Source of the DNA: Paragordius varius
Lineage: Eukaryota; Animalia; Nematomorpha
NCBI GenBank assembly: GCA_964247055.1
Contig: OZ176051.1
Location: 9,548,001 to 9,612,000 of the forward strand
Direction of reading: 5' to 3'
DNA length: 64,000 nt
Shown here: positions 26,301-39,140 of the stretch, in pieces
Layout: every line of letters begins with the position of its first letter
Numbering within the stretch: the stretch's first letter is position 1
Position numbers and translations under genes: made by a program
Notes under the pieces: model-generated
Told to the model about the DNA's origin: nothing
Database searches by the model: none
What the model saw: only the letters and a program-made list of their open reading frames with translations

Positions 26301-29300
26301 ATCCGATCAATCAAACACCCTTATACATGATTGTTAATTTTATTTGTTTCATTTAAGGACGTGCTTATAATTGAATAATCTTATCTGTTACATTTTAAAG
26401 TTACTCACGCTACATTTTTATGTCATGTAAAATGTTTTATTGTTATGTGACAACCGCATTGCTCTTATTTGCCTAAGATCAAAGGATAATAATCATTAGT
26501 CGGAAAAAAATCAATATTTTCACGTTTATCACAAGGAGGGACTCTTTTATATTTCTTATTTAGAATTTTTATCATTTATAATATCAATATTCGAAGGCTA
26601 GTTTAACAAATTAGCCACATTGTTTTGCCCGAATCTATCTATTATTTTTACATTTATGTTAACAAGTATTTGTGTACATATCGTGAGATGGGAATATTTG
26701 TTTTAATATTACATTAACAATGGTTTTCTTCTTGTTTTTCCTGGCAACTAATTAACACAGTTACAAGATATATTGGTTATTTCGGTTTTTTAATTGGCTA
26801 AAAAGGGGATATAATTTACATTGTGGCATTAGATTGTATCTTTCACTTTTAGCCAATTTAAAATACCGAAATGGCCAATAACAGCTTTCGTTGCTGTAAT
26901 ATTCTCACTAAAGTTTTTGATTTGCTTAAGTTGAAATAATGCAACACTAGCATGTTAAATTTTACACCTAAAACGGGGGAAATTGTACATAAAATTAAGT
27001 ATGTAATTTTAATTACGTTATTTACTTACCTTACACCACAGCACAACGCGCATTAAAAACCATCATCATCATGTATTATTTTATGTTTGTTCAATTAAAC
27101 TTCTTGGATACACTTTATGGACGCCATTAAATTTTTATAGCTTTTATAAAACATTATTACAGTAAAGAGAGCTGTTATAATTATTTTTAGATAATCTAAG
27201 TGAAACTTATATATATATATATCAAATATTTAATGCTCGTAATAAATTTTATTAATCTTTGTTTTCTGGCAATCGATTAATAATTCCGAGAATCATATCT
27301 TAAAATCTAATCTGGCCAGTAATGACTTACCGTCATGTGATTAAGCATTAAGCCAGTAATTTTGGTGAATGAACCTGTTTAAATGATACTGAGTGTCTTT
27401 TGGCTTAAAATTCCAGATAGGAAATTTTTAGACCATCATTTTTGTGGCTTAAGACAATTTCAAAACATCATAAATAAAAAAATAGGGATAAAATATGGAA
27501 AGTACTGGCTCAACGGCTGATTAGGTTTGCCTGTTGTTTTGTCAATAATTTTATAATAACTATTGTCAAAATGCTTAGTTTTATCAAAAAATTAGTTACT
27601 ACAACATAATTTTAAATATGTTTCGGGACCGGATATATTTTAAATTGTTTCATAAACCGTTTTTGATAAAATTAAACATTTTTAGAATGGTTCCAATTCC
27701 AACCGATTTTTTCCTTTTTCTTTCATATATTAGTATAGAAAGATCTATAATTTTACAAATGAGTTATTATAATATAATCATTTTTTAATGAACTGCGAGA
27801 AACTAGTTTTTCCTTATTAGAAACCTGTTATTTTTATGAGGTAGCTTACAATTTGTTTGGTATAATTAGCAGTTGACACGTTGTTTTTTTACTTAGGTCA
27901 TATTGTTTTGATATGATTCAAGTTTAAATCTCAAAAACTCTATTTTTCAGGTTATATTCCACCATCAGAAACCGCAAAACAAAAAGTTCCACATGTGGTA
28001 ATACCGTCTGTGCGCGTTTTACCATCATCATCCTCAACGACTCAATACCCAATATCTTTGTCATCCTCTTTTTCAAAGCCAGTCTCGCCGGGCGGAATTA
28101 TTAGAGATGCCCAAAAAACTGTTAAATCCAAAACCGATGTTGACCCTTTCAATGTTAATCGTCCGGCTGCGTCAACACTCAAATGGATTACATATACCAC
28201 GAATGTTTTCAAGGTACCAAAATTTATGCATACTACCTCCTTTACTGCTCCAACCATAAAATATTACCCAGACTCCAAATCATTTGCAACAACACAATCG
28301 GTTAAAAAGGTTTGTCGATTTTATATGTAAAATCAAAAATTTGTTGGATAAATTTACTGTTAAATTGTTAGATTTAAAACGGGCACATTTTAATTTCAAA
28401 AAAAGCACCAAGGCGTTTTCTAAAATCAAAAATATCCCCATTATAGCCCTGTATTTAAGTAGTCATATTATGTTCAAACATATATGATTAAATTCCATCT
28501 CTTAATTTTTTGCCGTCATTTTGATTTGCGTATGGGATAATAAAAACGGTAATTTGTAAAAAATGCCTTTTTTAAATTTAAAACCATGCATAATTGACCC
28601 TAAAACAATTTTAAAAAAGTTAAAATTATTACAAAATCAAATTTTTTGCTTTTAACTAGGGATTCGCATTAAATTTTAACCGTTATACTCTATTAACTTA
28701 GCTTGATATAAATGCATATACACGCTCAACCATTTCCACTCATCGTTCACCACCAATATTCGTTACTCCACAATTGGGTTTTACAGCACACAAGGTAGCT
28801 GATTTAAGTCATGCCACACAAAAACTCACTCCAAAAACAACTATAGTGCCCAAACCTTCAACATCACATTCGGAATTAACGACGACGACCCCGTTTTCAT
28901 TCAGTAAATATTTGGCTGAAATCGAAGCAAAACGAAAACAAACAACACTTGCCATAGAAAACATTTCTTCAACCACAACAAAAGCTCAAACTCCAATTAA
29001 GACGGCAATATTACTAACACCAGGATCAACTACAATGGTAGATAGGAGGCAAAATGACCTGATAACCGATAATAGAATCATTTCTGAAAGTCGATTGATT
29101 GGTGCCAAGCAAGAAAACACATCTCCATTCAGTGTGGCCACTACACTTTTTACACGGCCCGAATTATTAGCTAGTAATTATAAAATTTGTTTCTAACATG
29201 ATCAAATGCTTTTAGTTCTAAAAAGTGTTATAAAATTTGTTTCGATAAAAAAAGAATAAACGATATCCAAAAATTGGGATACATGATATATTTTTTATGA

Positions 29301-31907
29301 AGAAAATAAAATAGGAAAATTATTACTATTAGTTAATAATTATTTTTTATTATTTGTTATAATTTTTATTTTATCAATTATTTTTTTTTACTGAAACTAC
29401 TATCATGTGTCGAAAATTTGGATATAATTTAGTTCTTAATACATTTTACGATAATTCAAGATACAGTAGATTAAATAAAAGAATATTTGTATTAAATAAA
29501 TGAATTTTAGGAGTAAAGAAATGAATATTAGTGAAATAAAAAAGAAAAAAAGGGCCATGGTGCACGAGTAAGAATTACCATGCCCATCAAATAATAATTA
29601 TTTTTAACTATTTACTAATGAAGTGAAAGAATATTATGTAGTAGTATGGTATTAATTACTCAATAAATGCCCTTCCTTTCCTTTTTTCTTTCACTAATAG
29701 TAAAAAATAATTATTATTTGATGGGCATGGTAATGCTTACTCGTGCACCATCGCCCTTTTTTCTTTTCACTAATATTCATTTCTCTTATACAAATATTCA
29801 ATCAATCAATCAAGTCGTTGTTTGTCCAGCATGTGCTAGTTTCCAAATTCTTGAGCGAAATAGCTTGCGATCGAGACAATCGTCTTTGTTCAGTTGAGTT
29901 AAGTGTAAGTCATTGCTGAGTGTTTTTTCCCAATCATGGTATGGTCTGCCTCGTTTTAAATTGCCGTTCGGATGAAAGGATCTAATTTTGTTAATCCACT
30001 ATTTGAGCGTTCAATGTGAGCCCAGTATCTGAGACGATTTGCTCTGAGAAAAGAAGACATAGGTGCGATATGAAACAGATTATGTATGCTTTTATTATTA
30101 TTTGTTTTATCATTGTGATACTGATTGGTGAGGCATGAGTTGAGGATTTTTCTTTCTATGTCACATAATTTATTTTCATTAGTTTGGTTTAAGGGCCAAC
30201 ATTCGCTAGCATAGGTGAGGGCAGGGCGAATGGCAATCGTGTTTTTGCCCTTGTTTGGGTTTGAAATGTGTTTGTGTTTCATTATATACTTGAGTTGATG
30301 AAATTTGGCCCAAGCCTGATGTGACCGTGTTGTTATGGCGTTTTTAATATTCATATCAGCTGCTATTGTGTCACCCAGGTAATTGTACTTGTTTACTATT
30401 TCGATGTTTGTAGTTGGAAGGTAGGTGGTTTGTGTGGGATTGTTTGGGTTTATATCTGGTGTTGCACAAACTTTACATATAAAATTTTCAATTCCCAATA
30501 AACTTCCTTTAATTTGTGAGCACTTTTTATGGACCCACAGCTGGCATTTAGTGCATTTGATGGAATTAAGTTTCACTTCAGAGTGACAAATGGAGCAAGG
30601 GAATTTTATTACAGGTACCGGTGAGCCTGTTATTAAAGCCTTTGTTTTATCTGTGTTAATTTTGAGGCCAAATTTTTCTAAAGTAGATTTCCAGAGGTTA
30701 TATTTATTGATAATGTCTGTTTCGCTGGTGGCTGTTAGTATTATGTCGTCAGCGTACATCATCTCAAAAGGTAAACCTGTTTTTATATTATCAGTTTTTA
30801 CATCCATAATGATGATAAATAGTAATGGACTGAGGATGGATCCCTGGTGTAGTCCGACAGTTACTGGAAATTGATTGGTATCACCCACGGGAGTTCTCAC
30901 GCAACTAGTGGTGTTCTCATATAGTAAGTTTATTATTCTTATTATCCATTCCGGAATTTCTTTTTTTCGTAACGCAAATGTGATCATGGACCGCGGGATG
31001 CAGTCGAATGCACGGCTTAAATCAATAAAGATGTGATATAAAGTTTTGTTTTTGCATCTGTAGTTCTCTTGTAGCCTTCTAAGAATGAATATGGCGTCAG
31101 AGGTGCTGATCCCCTGTTGGAAACCGAATTGGTTTTCGTCAATCGAGCAAAGCTGACGTATTTTCTTTTCTATAATTATTTCGAATAATTTGGTTGCGTG
31201 TTCAAGTAATTTTAATGGTCTGTAGGAGGCGCAGTTGAGCATGTCGCCTTTGTTTTTATATATTGGAATTATGACACTTTGGTTCCAGTCGTTCGGGATT
31301 TTTTCCTCCATTATAATCAGATTAAATAGCTCTGTGAAATAGGTAATTGCTTCAGGAATATTTTTGTACATTTCAGTTTTAATTTCCGTTGGACCAGATG
31401 CCTTATTGATTTTACATTTTTGCATGGCTAACAAATATTGTTTTATTTTATCCACTGTATTACAAAAAACAAAAATTTCCTCAATATAATATAGTTGTTA
31501 TTGGTGGGATTTGTATCACATTACTATGTGCCATACTCCTCGTCTTGTTTGTCATTTATCGCCTCCGGAAAAAGGATGAAGGCAGTTACGCTCTCGATGA
31601 AACTAAACGGGCTCTTTCAACAGCTCTCACCACATCATCAGCCAATCATCTCAATAATCAACGCAACAACAATCCCATTAATATTAATCCACCCAATGTA
31701 GTAGGAGAAAATCATCACCCTTTGGGTATTAGTAATGTTATTCCAAAATCTCCTCCGCCATACACGTTTACGAAAGAAAGCTTGTCGGGAAATTATGGCT
31801 CAGTTAACAAAGACGTGTTGTTGAACACCAATAATTCTCCGTATAGCCGTGGAGGTAGACCATCAACACATACGCACACGTTAATTAACAAAGAATTTTA
31901 TGCTTAA
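20364..31907 (+). CDS. SDC: Syndecan, 6-exon model, 1731 nt / 576 aa
   Basis: Exons 20364-20411 (signal peptide MFWIFNIIFINSLILQ|LWA), 24838-25155, 25511-25631 (DDEDENGSG...DLGSG, acidic Ser-Gly GAG sites), 27951-28309, 28702-29173 (S/T/P-rich, ...RPELLA), 31495-31907 (TM, then RLRKKDEGSYALDE ... KEFYA stop). The C1 and C2 motifs are diagnostic. Assignment of exon 1 is inferred from phase and signal-peptide character. Confidence 0.9.
21564..21721. mobile_element. Tc1/pogo-type MITE (TA target)
   Basis: TA-CAGTATGCACA ... TGTGCATACTG-TA. Confidence 0.65.
24489..24685. repeat. Palindromic MITE-like repeat in syndecan intron 1
   Basis: AAGTTATTAATTATTGCCAAATA pairs with TATTTGGCAATAATTAATAACTT; inner arms TATTATTGGC / GCCAATAATA. 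Confidence 0.6.
26757..26898. mobile_element. MITE related to 13482-13719
   Basis: Inverted pair TATTGGTTATTTCGGT / ACCGAAATGGCCAATA, ending CAGCTTTCGTTGCTGTA. Confidence 0.55.
29518..29783. repeat. Long near-perfect inverted repeat (arms of about 80 bp), MITE-like
   Basis: GGTGCACGAGTAAGAATTACCATGCCCATCAAATAATAATTATTTTT (about 29558-29605) pairs with AAAAATAATTATTATTTGATGGGCATGGTAATGCTTACTCGTGCACC (about 29703-29749). Confidence 0.8.
29797..31465 (-). mobile_element. 5'-truncated RTE-clade non-LTR retrotransposon (RT + PHD-like finger), antisense in the last syndecan intron
   Basis: The 499-aa ORF has KASGP, YRPLKLL, QFGF, FIDLSRAFD, GLHQGSILSPLLF and MYADD, then a C4HC3 finger. After a frameshift near 29970 it continues KRGRP...W and stops at TGA 29812-29810 inside a (TTGA)4 tail. 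No endonuclease domain and no clear TSD. Confidence 0.92.
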
Positions 31908-34079
31908 ATTTATGCATTTGAACACAAAAATATGGTTACATGAGTATATAAAAGTATTTTTTTTCCATAATCTTTTTACCAAACAATTAAGTGATTCCTT
32001 GAATATATGTTTTAATAAACTAATATAATATAGTACATGTCATGGGACATTTTACAAGGTTTTTGCCCAATCTTATATTTTTACGTATAATTACTTTTAT
32101 TGCTATTATCGAAGTTGCCAAAGAAAAAAATTATGAATCTCATTTTTTAAAAATTCGTTACATATATATATAATTTTTAATCAACTTATGCACTTTTTTA
32201 TCTAAATATTAAATGAACTACATCCACTATGTCTATACCATACTTAGTGCAAATATATATGGCCCACAATATTCATATTTTTTTAGATCATTCAATTTAT
32301 GCATTTTCTTCATAATTTATTATTGTGAATCATGGCATTTAGCATTACAATTATCATTATATTCACATATTTATACATTATATATATAATTTATTAAATA
32401 AATACACACACATATATATATATATATATATATTGTTAATTAACTTTGAACATTGTTGCATGGTTTCAAAATGAGTTTTCCTTTCTAAATATAAAAGAAA
32501 TTAAAACGATATTTACGATAATCCAAAAAATAGTAAGAGATTTAATAAATCTAGGAGTTAGAATTTAATTTAAAATTCATCTATGAAAATTATGATACAT
32601 AAAAGAGACCTTTAAAATCGACACATTTTCAATCGAACGCAATATTCTTTCATTTAAGGCAACATTTATTATAGCCAGTGTTTTTAGTCAAGTAATTTAT
32701 AAGTATTAGCCCTTTTTCAATCAACCGAATAAAATTTCAATAAAAGACAATATTTTTTCATTTAGAGCCAAAATCTATTCAATGTTTTACGATCATAATC
32801 GGTATGTATGATAGGTTCTCAATATGTATGGGCAACTAAATTTTAGGTAAAACCTGGTGTTTTCATATTTTGAAATTTATATCATTGAAGCGTTATAACG
32901 GATCATATTTTTTAATTAAAATGGATTGATTTAAGATTTGATGAAGTATATATGTTTCTGTATTACATGTATATTAAAGATTATTTGTGATTTTCCAGCT
33001 TATTTTAACCGTTTTTCATCACTTTTGCGGTAAAACATATGTTGACCATTTAGAAAACAAAATTGTCAGAGTATCGTTTTGTGTCAAATTTATCTGTAAA
33101 TTTCCCTAATTCCTATGTTCCAACATATTTTTATAATTAAATATACAATTAACGCAGCTCTCTTTACCGCATAACAGAAAACTACTCTAACAAAAGCGAT
33201 GAAATATTGAAAATAAAAATTAGGTTAGTTGTAGAATAATGTTGGCATAAATAATTTAATATATTTTAAGCGATTTTAATTATTTAATACCTGATCACAG
33301 GACATATTAAAATCCCGTAAAACCATTTGACAGCTATTGGTTAAGGCATATGGAGAGTTAATTTTTTGATTATATCCTCTATAGCATAAAGTACTAAAAA
33401 GTAATAGAGATATCCCAAATATTGGGTTCTTTTTTAAAGAGAGATATAATGATTCCTCATAAATTTTGGAATCTTTAAGTAAGGTCCATAAACCATATAT
33501 GAAAAATATAAAAGATCCAAATAAGCAAACTCTTCATATAATTAAATTATACATATGGAATTTCGACTTAATGGTTGTTTAGAAATTATTTCCATAAGTC
33601 TGTGTTCGAAGGCTTTTAAATCCTCTGTTTGAGTTACTGACATTATTAAAATAATCATATGGGACCATACCTAAAATAATGTCCAATTGTCAAAACAGTT
33701 TAGGTTGATGTTATTTTTATTAATAAATTTTAAAATATATTTATAAAGTATATTGATGTATTTTTGAATTATTCATAAATCTTAATTAATTTTTGGCAGA
33801 ATATATACCATTGTAACAAAATTTTATAATTATTTTTTTTGAAATATACAGTCGGTATGAGTAAAATATTCTGCACTAATTGTGGGAATGGATAAATATT
33901 GTTTTATATTCTTAATACTCAATATCTTCTGGCAGGCAATAACCAGTTATTGTATTATTTGATCATTGCTGATATCAATTTTTAAATCTTTTTCATTATT
34001 TTGTATTATATATGATCCCCATTTGTGATAAAATATAATTATAAAAGTTTTAGATAATATGCACTGGGTCCGTATCAGA

Positions 34080-35030
34080 AGGCGTTAAAAATATCCTGAT
34101 AAAATATGTAAATATATATCAGGATTATCATGATGATTTTGGTTGTGTCTCTTACGAATGATTTTGTGAGTATATATGCAATAACCACTTTATAAACGGC
34201 AAAATTCCGCACATTTTGTCTAATTAAATTGGAGGCAAAACATTCTTCATACCTTGGTGCTGCTTTGAAAAGAGGTCTCATCGATGCGTAGAAGTAATAA
34301 TCAAAGATAGAAGAGTACAACGCCTTCGGAAAAATTTCCCATAAAACGATTTTGAAGGTCTTTCATAGGTATTGTGGTGGCGCATTGTCCTGAAAAAAAT
34401 CAATTTGCTATTTTCTGGCTCTGATCGTTTCACTTAATGCATTCCTTAATTTATCATTGTTGGCGATATCATTGTGTATTGACGGTTTGACGGGGCTTGA
34501 AGTTAATAATACACTCCGCTTTCTTCCCATAGAGAGCATAAGTCTTCTTGCTTGAGCGAGTTTGCATTGGTATTAATGGACCGGCTTGGCAAGGTAAAAG
34601 CCACGATTTCGTACAACAAAATAAAGGCACTTCTCATCACTCGCCCCAATTCGATTCTTATTTCCCTTCTTTAAGTTGAAGCAGAACATAACAGATAACT
34701 TTGTGATTTATACTAAACGATCATGGAGTCATTTCAGATTTATTGTTTTTTCCATTACTTTGTACGTCTACTAATTGTTTTTCATAGTCATGTATTTTTT
34801 TGGTCATTAACTCTTTCTTTCACTTATCTTCTTCGCAGTGAGTCAGCAGGTCCGCTGTTTTTAAACTGAAACCGCAACTTTCAATTTTTCAATCATGTTT
34901 CAAATGTTTTAATGGATAAATCATGTTCATCATATGTTCCTATTAGTAAACTATGACCTTCACCCCTTTTCTTCTGATGGAATAAAAACAACGCGTGCCT
35001 TAAATCTTTCAGGTGTAACGAAAACTAAAA
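34080..35030 (-). mobile_element. Decayed mariner (Tc1/mariner) transposase relic
   Basis: Fragments in several frames follow mariner motif order: RIGASDEKCLYF (cf. RIVTGDEKW), FKPRQTVN, FQDNAPP (cf. HDNARPH), WEIFPKALYSSIFDYYFYASM (cf. WEVLPHxxYSPDLAPSDY). Many stops; TIRs not recognised; boundaries approximate. Confidence 0.8.
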
Positions 35031-35222
35031 GATAGAACGCACACACCTTAAACGGTATATATATCCTTAAATATCACAAAATGGTATCTGTGTCTAATTA
35101 ATCGGCTGTGTTCTTTTCTCTCAAGTCTTTTCCTGTACAAATAACTTATGACACAATTTAGATCCTATAAGATATATAATGACAAAATGTTTTAAAAGTT
35201 TTTAGTTACCAAAAAAATTTAA

Positions 35223-36860
35223 TCTATATATTTATAAAAATGGAAAGTGGTGGCTTTGTGATTTGTTTCCGGAAAACTGGTAGACCCATTCAAGTCCAAA
35301 TATCGAAAAAATATAATCATTAGTTAATGCCCCGACAATAGCTTGGCCCTTTTGTTGAATTAGGCCTCCAGTTCGGGCCCACCCCGTGTAAAAACGGTTT
35401 TTTTTGACAAAAGTCCACAAAAATCGTGTCTTTGATACAACGAAAACCTGTTGGACCATTCTATTTCAAATATGATTTTTTACTTATTTTCGATTGCGCC
35501 GAACATAGTCGAGTCACTTTTTTGACTTAGGCCCGCTTTTTACCCGCCCGCTTAAAATGCCATTAATTCAAAAAAATCAAGTCCACAATAATAATTTTTT
35601 GAATCTATTTGCTTAAAGTATGAGACCGTAAAAATTTAATAAGGATTCCAGGTATTCCCTGTTAAAAGGCAAAAATTTTAGTTCGGCGTTTCATTGATGA
35701 TAACTGCTGGGTAAGGAGATACCCCCTAAAAACTGATCCGTCATATCGAAATAGTGTGCCTTTGGGGCTAAATTTCAGAAAACCTATCAGGCCATATGAG
35801 TTCAATCCGTGCTTAAATACCCTTAAAAAGTCAACAATTTAGATGCGGTTTTTTAAATTAGCGGTTAAATAGGCTCTGGATAGGGGGCTACCCGCGTAAA
35901 TATGCGTTTATCGATACAGCATGCCTTTGGAGCCAAATTTCAAAAAACTTATGTGACTATGTTAGTTCAATAAGGGCCTAAACCATTAATTACCCCTTAA
36001 AAAACAAATAATTTAGTATAGGTGGCTATTTCAATGAGTCGCTAAGAAAAGATTTCGCCCTGAAAAATTGCCGCCATTGAATAATTTTTGGTTTTGAAGC
36101 AATATTTACAAGAATAAGAACATATGGATATTATAATTCCAGATATTCCCCATATAAAGACAAAAATTTTGCCGACGCTTTTTTATACCTGCCTCTAGGT
36201 AAGAAGCTACCCGTCAAAAACTGTGCCACTATAAAGAAATTGCGTTGTTTTAAAACTAATTTAAAATATGCCATATGAGCTCATTTAAAGTTCGAAATAT
36301 TACCCGTAACTAGGTAAAAATTAAGGTCAGGCCTTTTTTATTAGCCGTTAATTTAGGGCCTTTATGCCCTAAAAATACGCCATCATATAACGATTATTTA
36401 CTGTTGAGGAATTTTTCGAATAACCCATGAGACGATGGTCTCAAAGATTCCAAATATTTTTCCTATAAAGGCAAAAAATTAACTTAGCGCTTTTTCATAT
36501 AACCCTATGGTAGGGGTCAACCGGTTTAAAACTGAAACGCCGTACAAAAATACGTTTGGTAACTAATTTTCAAAAAAACTTAAGAAGCCATACGAATTCA
36601 ATAAAGCCTTTTAATATTACCCATAAGAAGGAATAAATATAGTATAGCGGTATATTTCGTTAGCCGTCAATTTAGGGCCTTTGCACCAGTAAACATTATA
36701 TTAGTAGGAATGCACCGTTTTCGAAAATCCTATCAGATCATAGCAATTAAATAATGTTTCGAAATAATCCACTATGGATCATTTTGTTTTTTTTCAAATA
36801 GCCCCCCCCATAATTCCGAAGGTTTCCTCGGGCTGCGTAGCAGCACGAGATTTACGCTAG
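35223..36860 (+). mobile_element. Non-autonomous Helitron, copy A (about 1.64 kb)
   Basis: 5' A|TCTATATATTTATAAAAATGG; 3' hairpin GCTGCGTAGCAGC followed by CTAG|T. Internal diverged repeats (ATGCCTTTGGGGCTAAATTTCAGAAAACCTAT...TAGCCGTTAA). Homologous to 53464 and 58559. Confidence 0.85.
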
Positions 36861-37192
36861 TTTAATATAAAAACTATTTATAAATATAACTCTTCGAATA
36901 AAAAGTCGAATATCATGAAATATATATTGATAGAAACAAATAAATCGCCAAATGCTATGCGTTTGACTTGATTAACATATTCATTGTAATATTTTCATTT
37001 TTTGGCCTGACTATTTAAATACTTTTTTGACATTGTTACAGCTACAGACATATTAGATTATATTTTACTATTATATTATAATACCACATTTCTAATGTGC
37101 CATTCACCGACTTGGATTAATATAAATTTTCTTGTATTTCGACGAATTCCTTAGTTTTAATTATATGTTGGCGTAATAGTTAAAAATAACTT

Positions 37193-37374
37193 TTATAAAT
37201 TAAATTTATTGCGTTTATATATGTTTGAACAAAAATTTTCATCAACAAATAATTTATGATTGCAGGTTTGAAGATCATTGTCAAACAATGTTTCGGACTC
37301 ACATTTCTTGAAATTGTGCAAACGTTGATTAATGCATTCATAAAATGATCGACACCGGTTATACCCGTAGAAAC
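37193..37374 (-). CDS. Terminal exon encoding a chitin-binding type 2 (CBM14/peritrophin-A-like) domain; upstream exons not found
   Basis: Acceptor ttttattAG, then (G)FYGYNRCRSFYECINQRLHNFKKCESETLFDNDLQTCNHKLFVDENFC: the C-x2-FY-x-C...C-x4-FD-x5-C...C pattern of CBM14, lacking the first Cys. Confidence 0.72.
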
Positions 37375-39140
37375 CTAATAAAAAATGTTTCAAAAAATAG
37401 TCTGTGATATCAAAATAAAATATTACATTCATCAACACTTTAATTATAAATAAAATTAAAAATTATAATATCACAATTAAATGCCAACCTGCTTATGTCT
37501 TCAATACAATTACATGTCTCAATAAAAAGATAACTAAAAACACGGATACAATTATATACAGTGTAATTTAAGTTGTAAAATAATTTAACTTATATAAGTA
37601 TTTGAGTAGTTAGCATCAAAAAGGAAGATCTATCTTTTATTGATAATTTTTTCCATAAATGATGCAGTAAAAATTTATTGACCAATGGCCAAATTTGATA
37701 TTTTTCAAATCTAAAACCTAAAATTTTATAATTGTGAATGTGTCTTTTAACGATGTTAACAAAAGGTTAAAGTTTTGCTACCATGTAATTAGCTCAACAC
37801 GGCTCTCGTATATATTTTGCTTAGGTTATCCGAAACGGCCCTCCAAAATCTGAAACCACGAGAAAATCAACTTTACGAATAAGTAAAAAAAATTATATTA
37901 ACGAATTATAATAAAACCTTCCGAATATTGCAATTACTCGCCAAAAAGGTTAAAATAAATAAAGTTTTTACAATCGTTTTAATCTAATAAAATATTTGTT
38001 ATAGCCTATTATATTAAGAAAATGCGGCCGAAGCCATTTGACTGGTTTGAATTTTATCAAAGTTTTTCAGTATATTTTTTAACTATCCTTAGGGTCAAAG
38101 TCCATAAAAAATCTAACTAAAAATATGTTATTAATGCGACATGATCTATGAAAATTTCCACTATTTGCGGAAGTGAGGATAAATGATTATTTCAAAACTT
38201 TTTTCGAAGGCATTTAGCATATGATACATTCATTTAGGATTTCTCTCGGCCTTACCTAATATTACATATATAATTGGATGTTTTTGACTAAAAAATCGTG
38301 GTTATGTAAATTTTATTGTGTGATTTCTTCAAAATTATTTTTGTTAAACAGACAAACTACCTATGATGGAGCTTGAGGCCTTGGCTTTAGGGTACCAACC
38401 AAAACCATATATGATAAACAAATATAGTATAACCAAACCGTCAGAAATTTAAACTGGAACAATGTGGGTCTTAAGTTAGTAAAACCAAGGTTGGCATAAT
38501 AAATATTCATGATTTAACTAGTATCGGAAGGGATATATCTTGTATTTAAAAGTAGGAAAATATACCAAATACCTAAGTTAATATTTAAGCGAGAACCGGT
38601 TATAAATTACGCTAATCGACAAATTTGGACATTTTTGAGCACCACCACTCAAACCTTTAAATTAAGACTAATTTCGGTGTTTTAAAACCGAATTTGAAAA
38701 AATTTTTGATCCCGCCAATCAGAATTTTGAAATATTATAGGTTTTTCAATTTTTCAAAAACAAGGGAAAATCGAGAGAAAATTAAATATAACTTTATAAT
38801 AAAATGTTATTATATTATAAACTTAATATCATTTAATAAAGCGTTTTAAACTCTATCTTTTGAATATAAATATGTCATTAAAATATCAGAGAGAAAAAAA
38901 TAGTACGGATTTAAACGTAAAAATTTAGTCTTTTTCTTTCAAGTGAATTTTATACGTATAAAAATTTTTTAAAAAAATACTAAAAAGGCATTCTATGGTT
39001 TAAACCTTCGACTTTTAGATAAGCTATATTTTTTCGTTAGTTTTCGTTCTTTCGAGTACTTATTAGGCTTTTATCCTTGAGTTGGTTCTTACAAATTTAT
39101 TTTTTAAAATTATTGGTTGTTTTGTATTTTTAATTTCAGA

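Noticed and set aside
30590-30874. ORFs antisense to real coding regions (e.g. 30590-30874, 28042-28257, 44882-45205, 45288-45521, 46027-46767, 47311-47538, 47926-48147, 49780-49971)
   Set aside because: These are shadow frames of LINE, syndecan or ITFG2 coding sequence with no independent signal.
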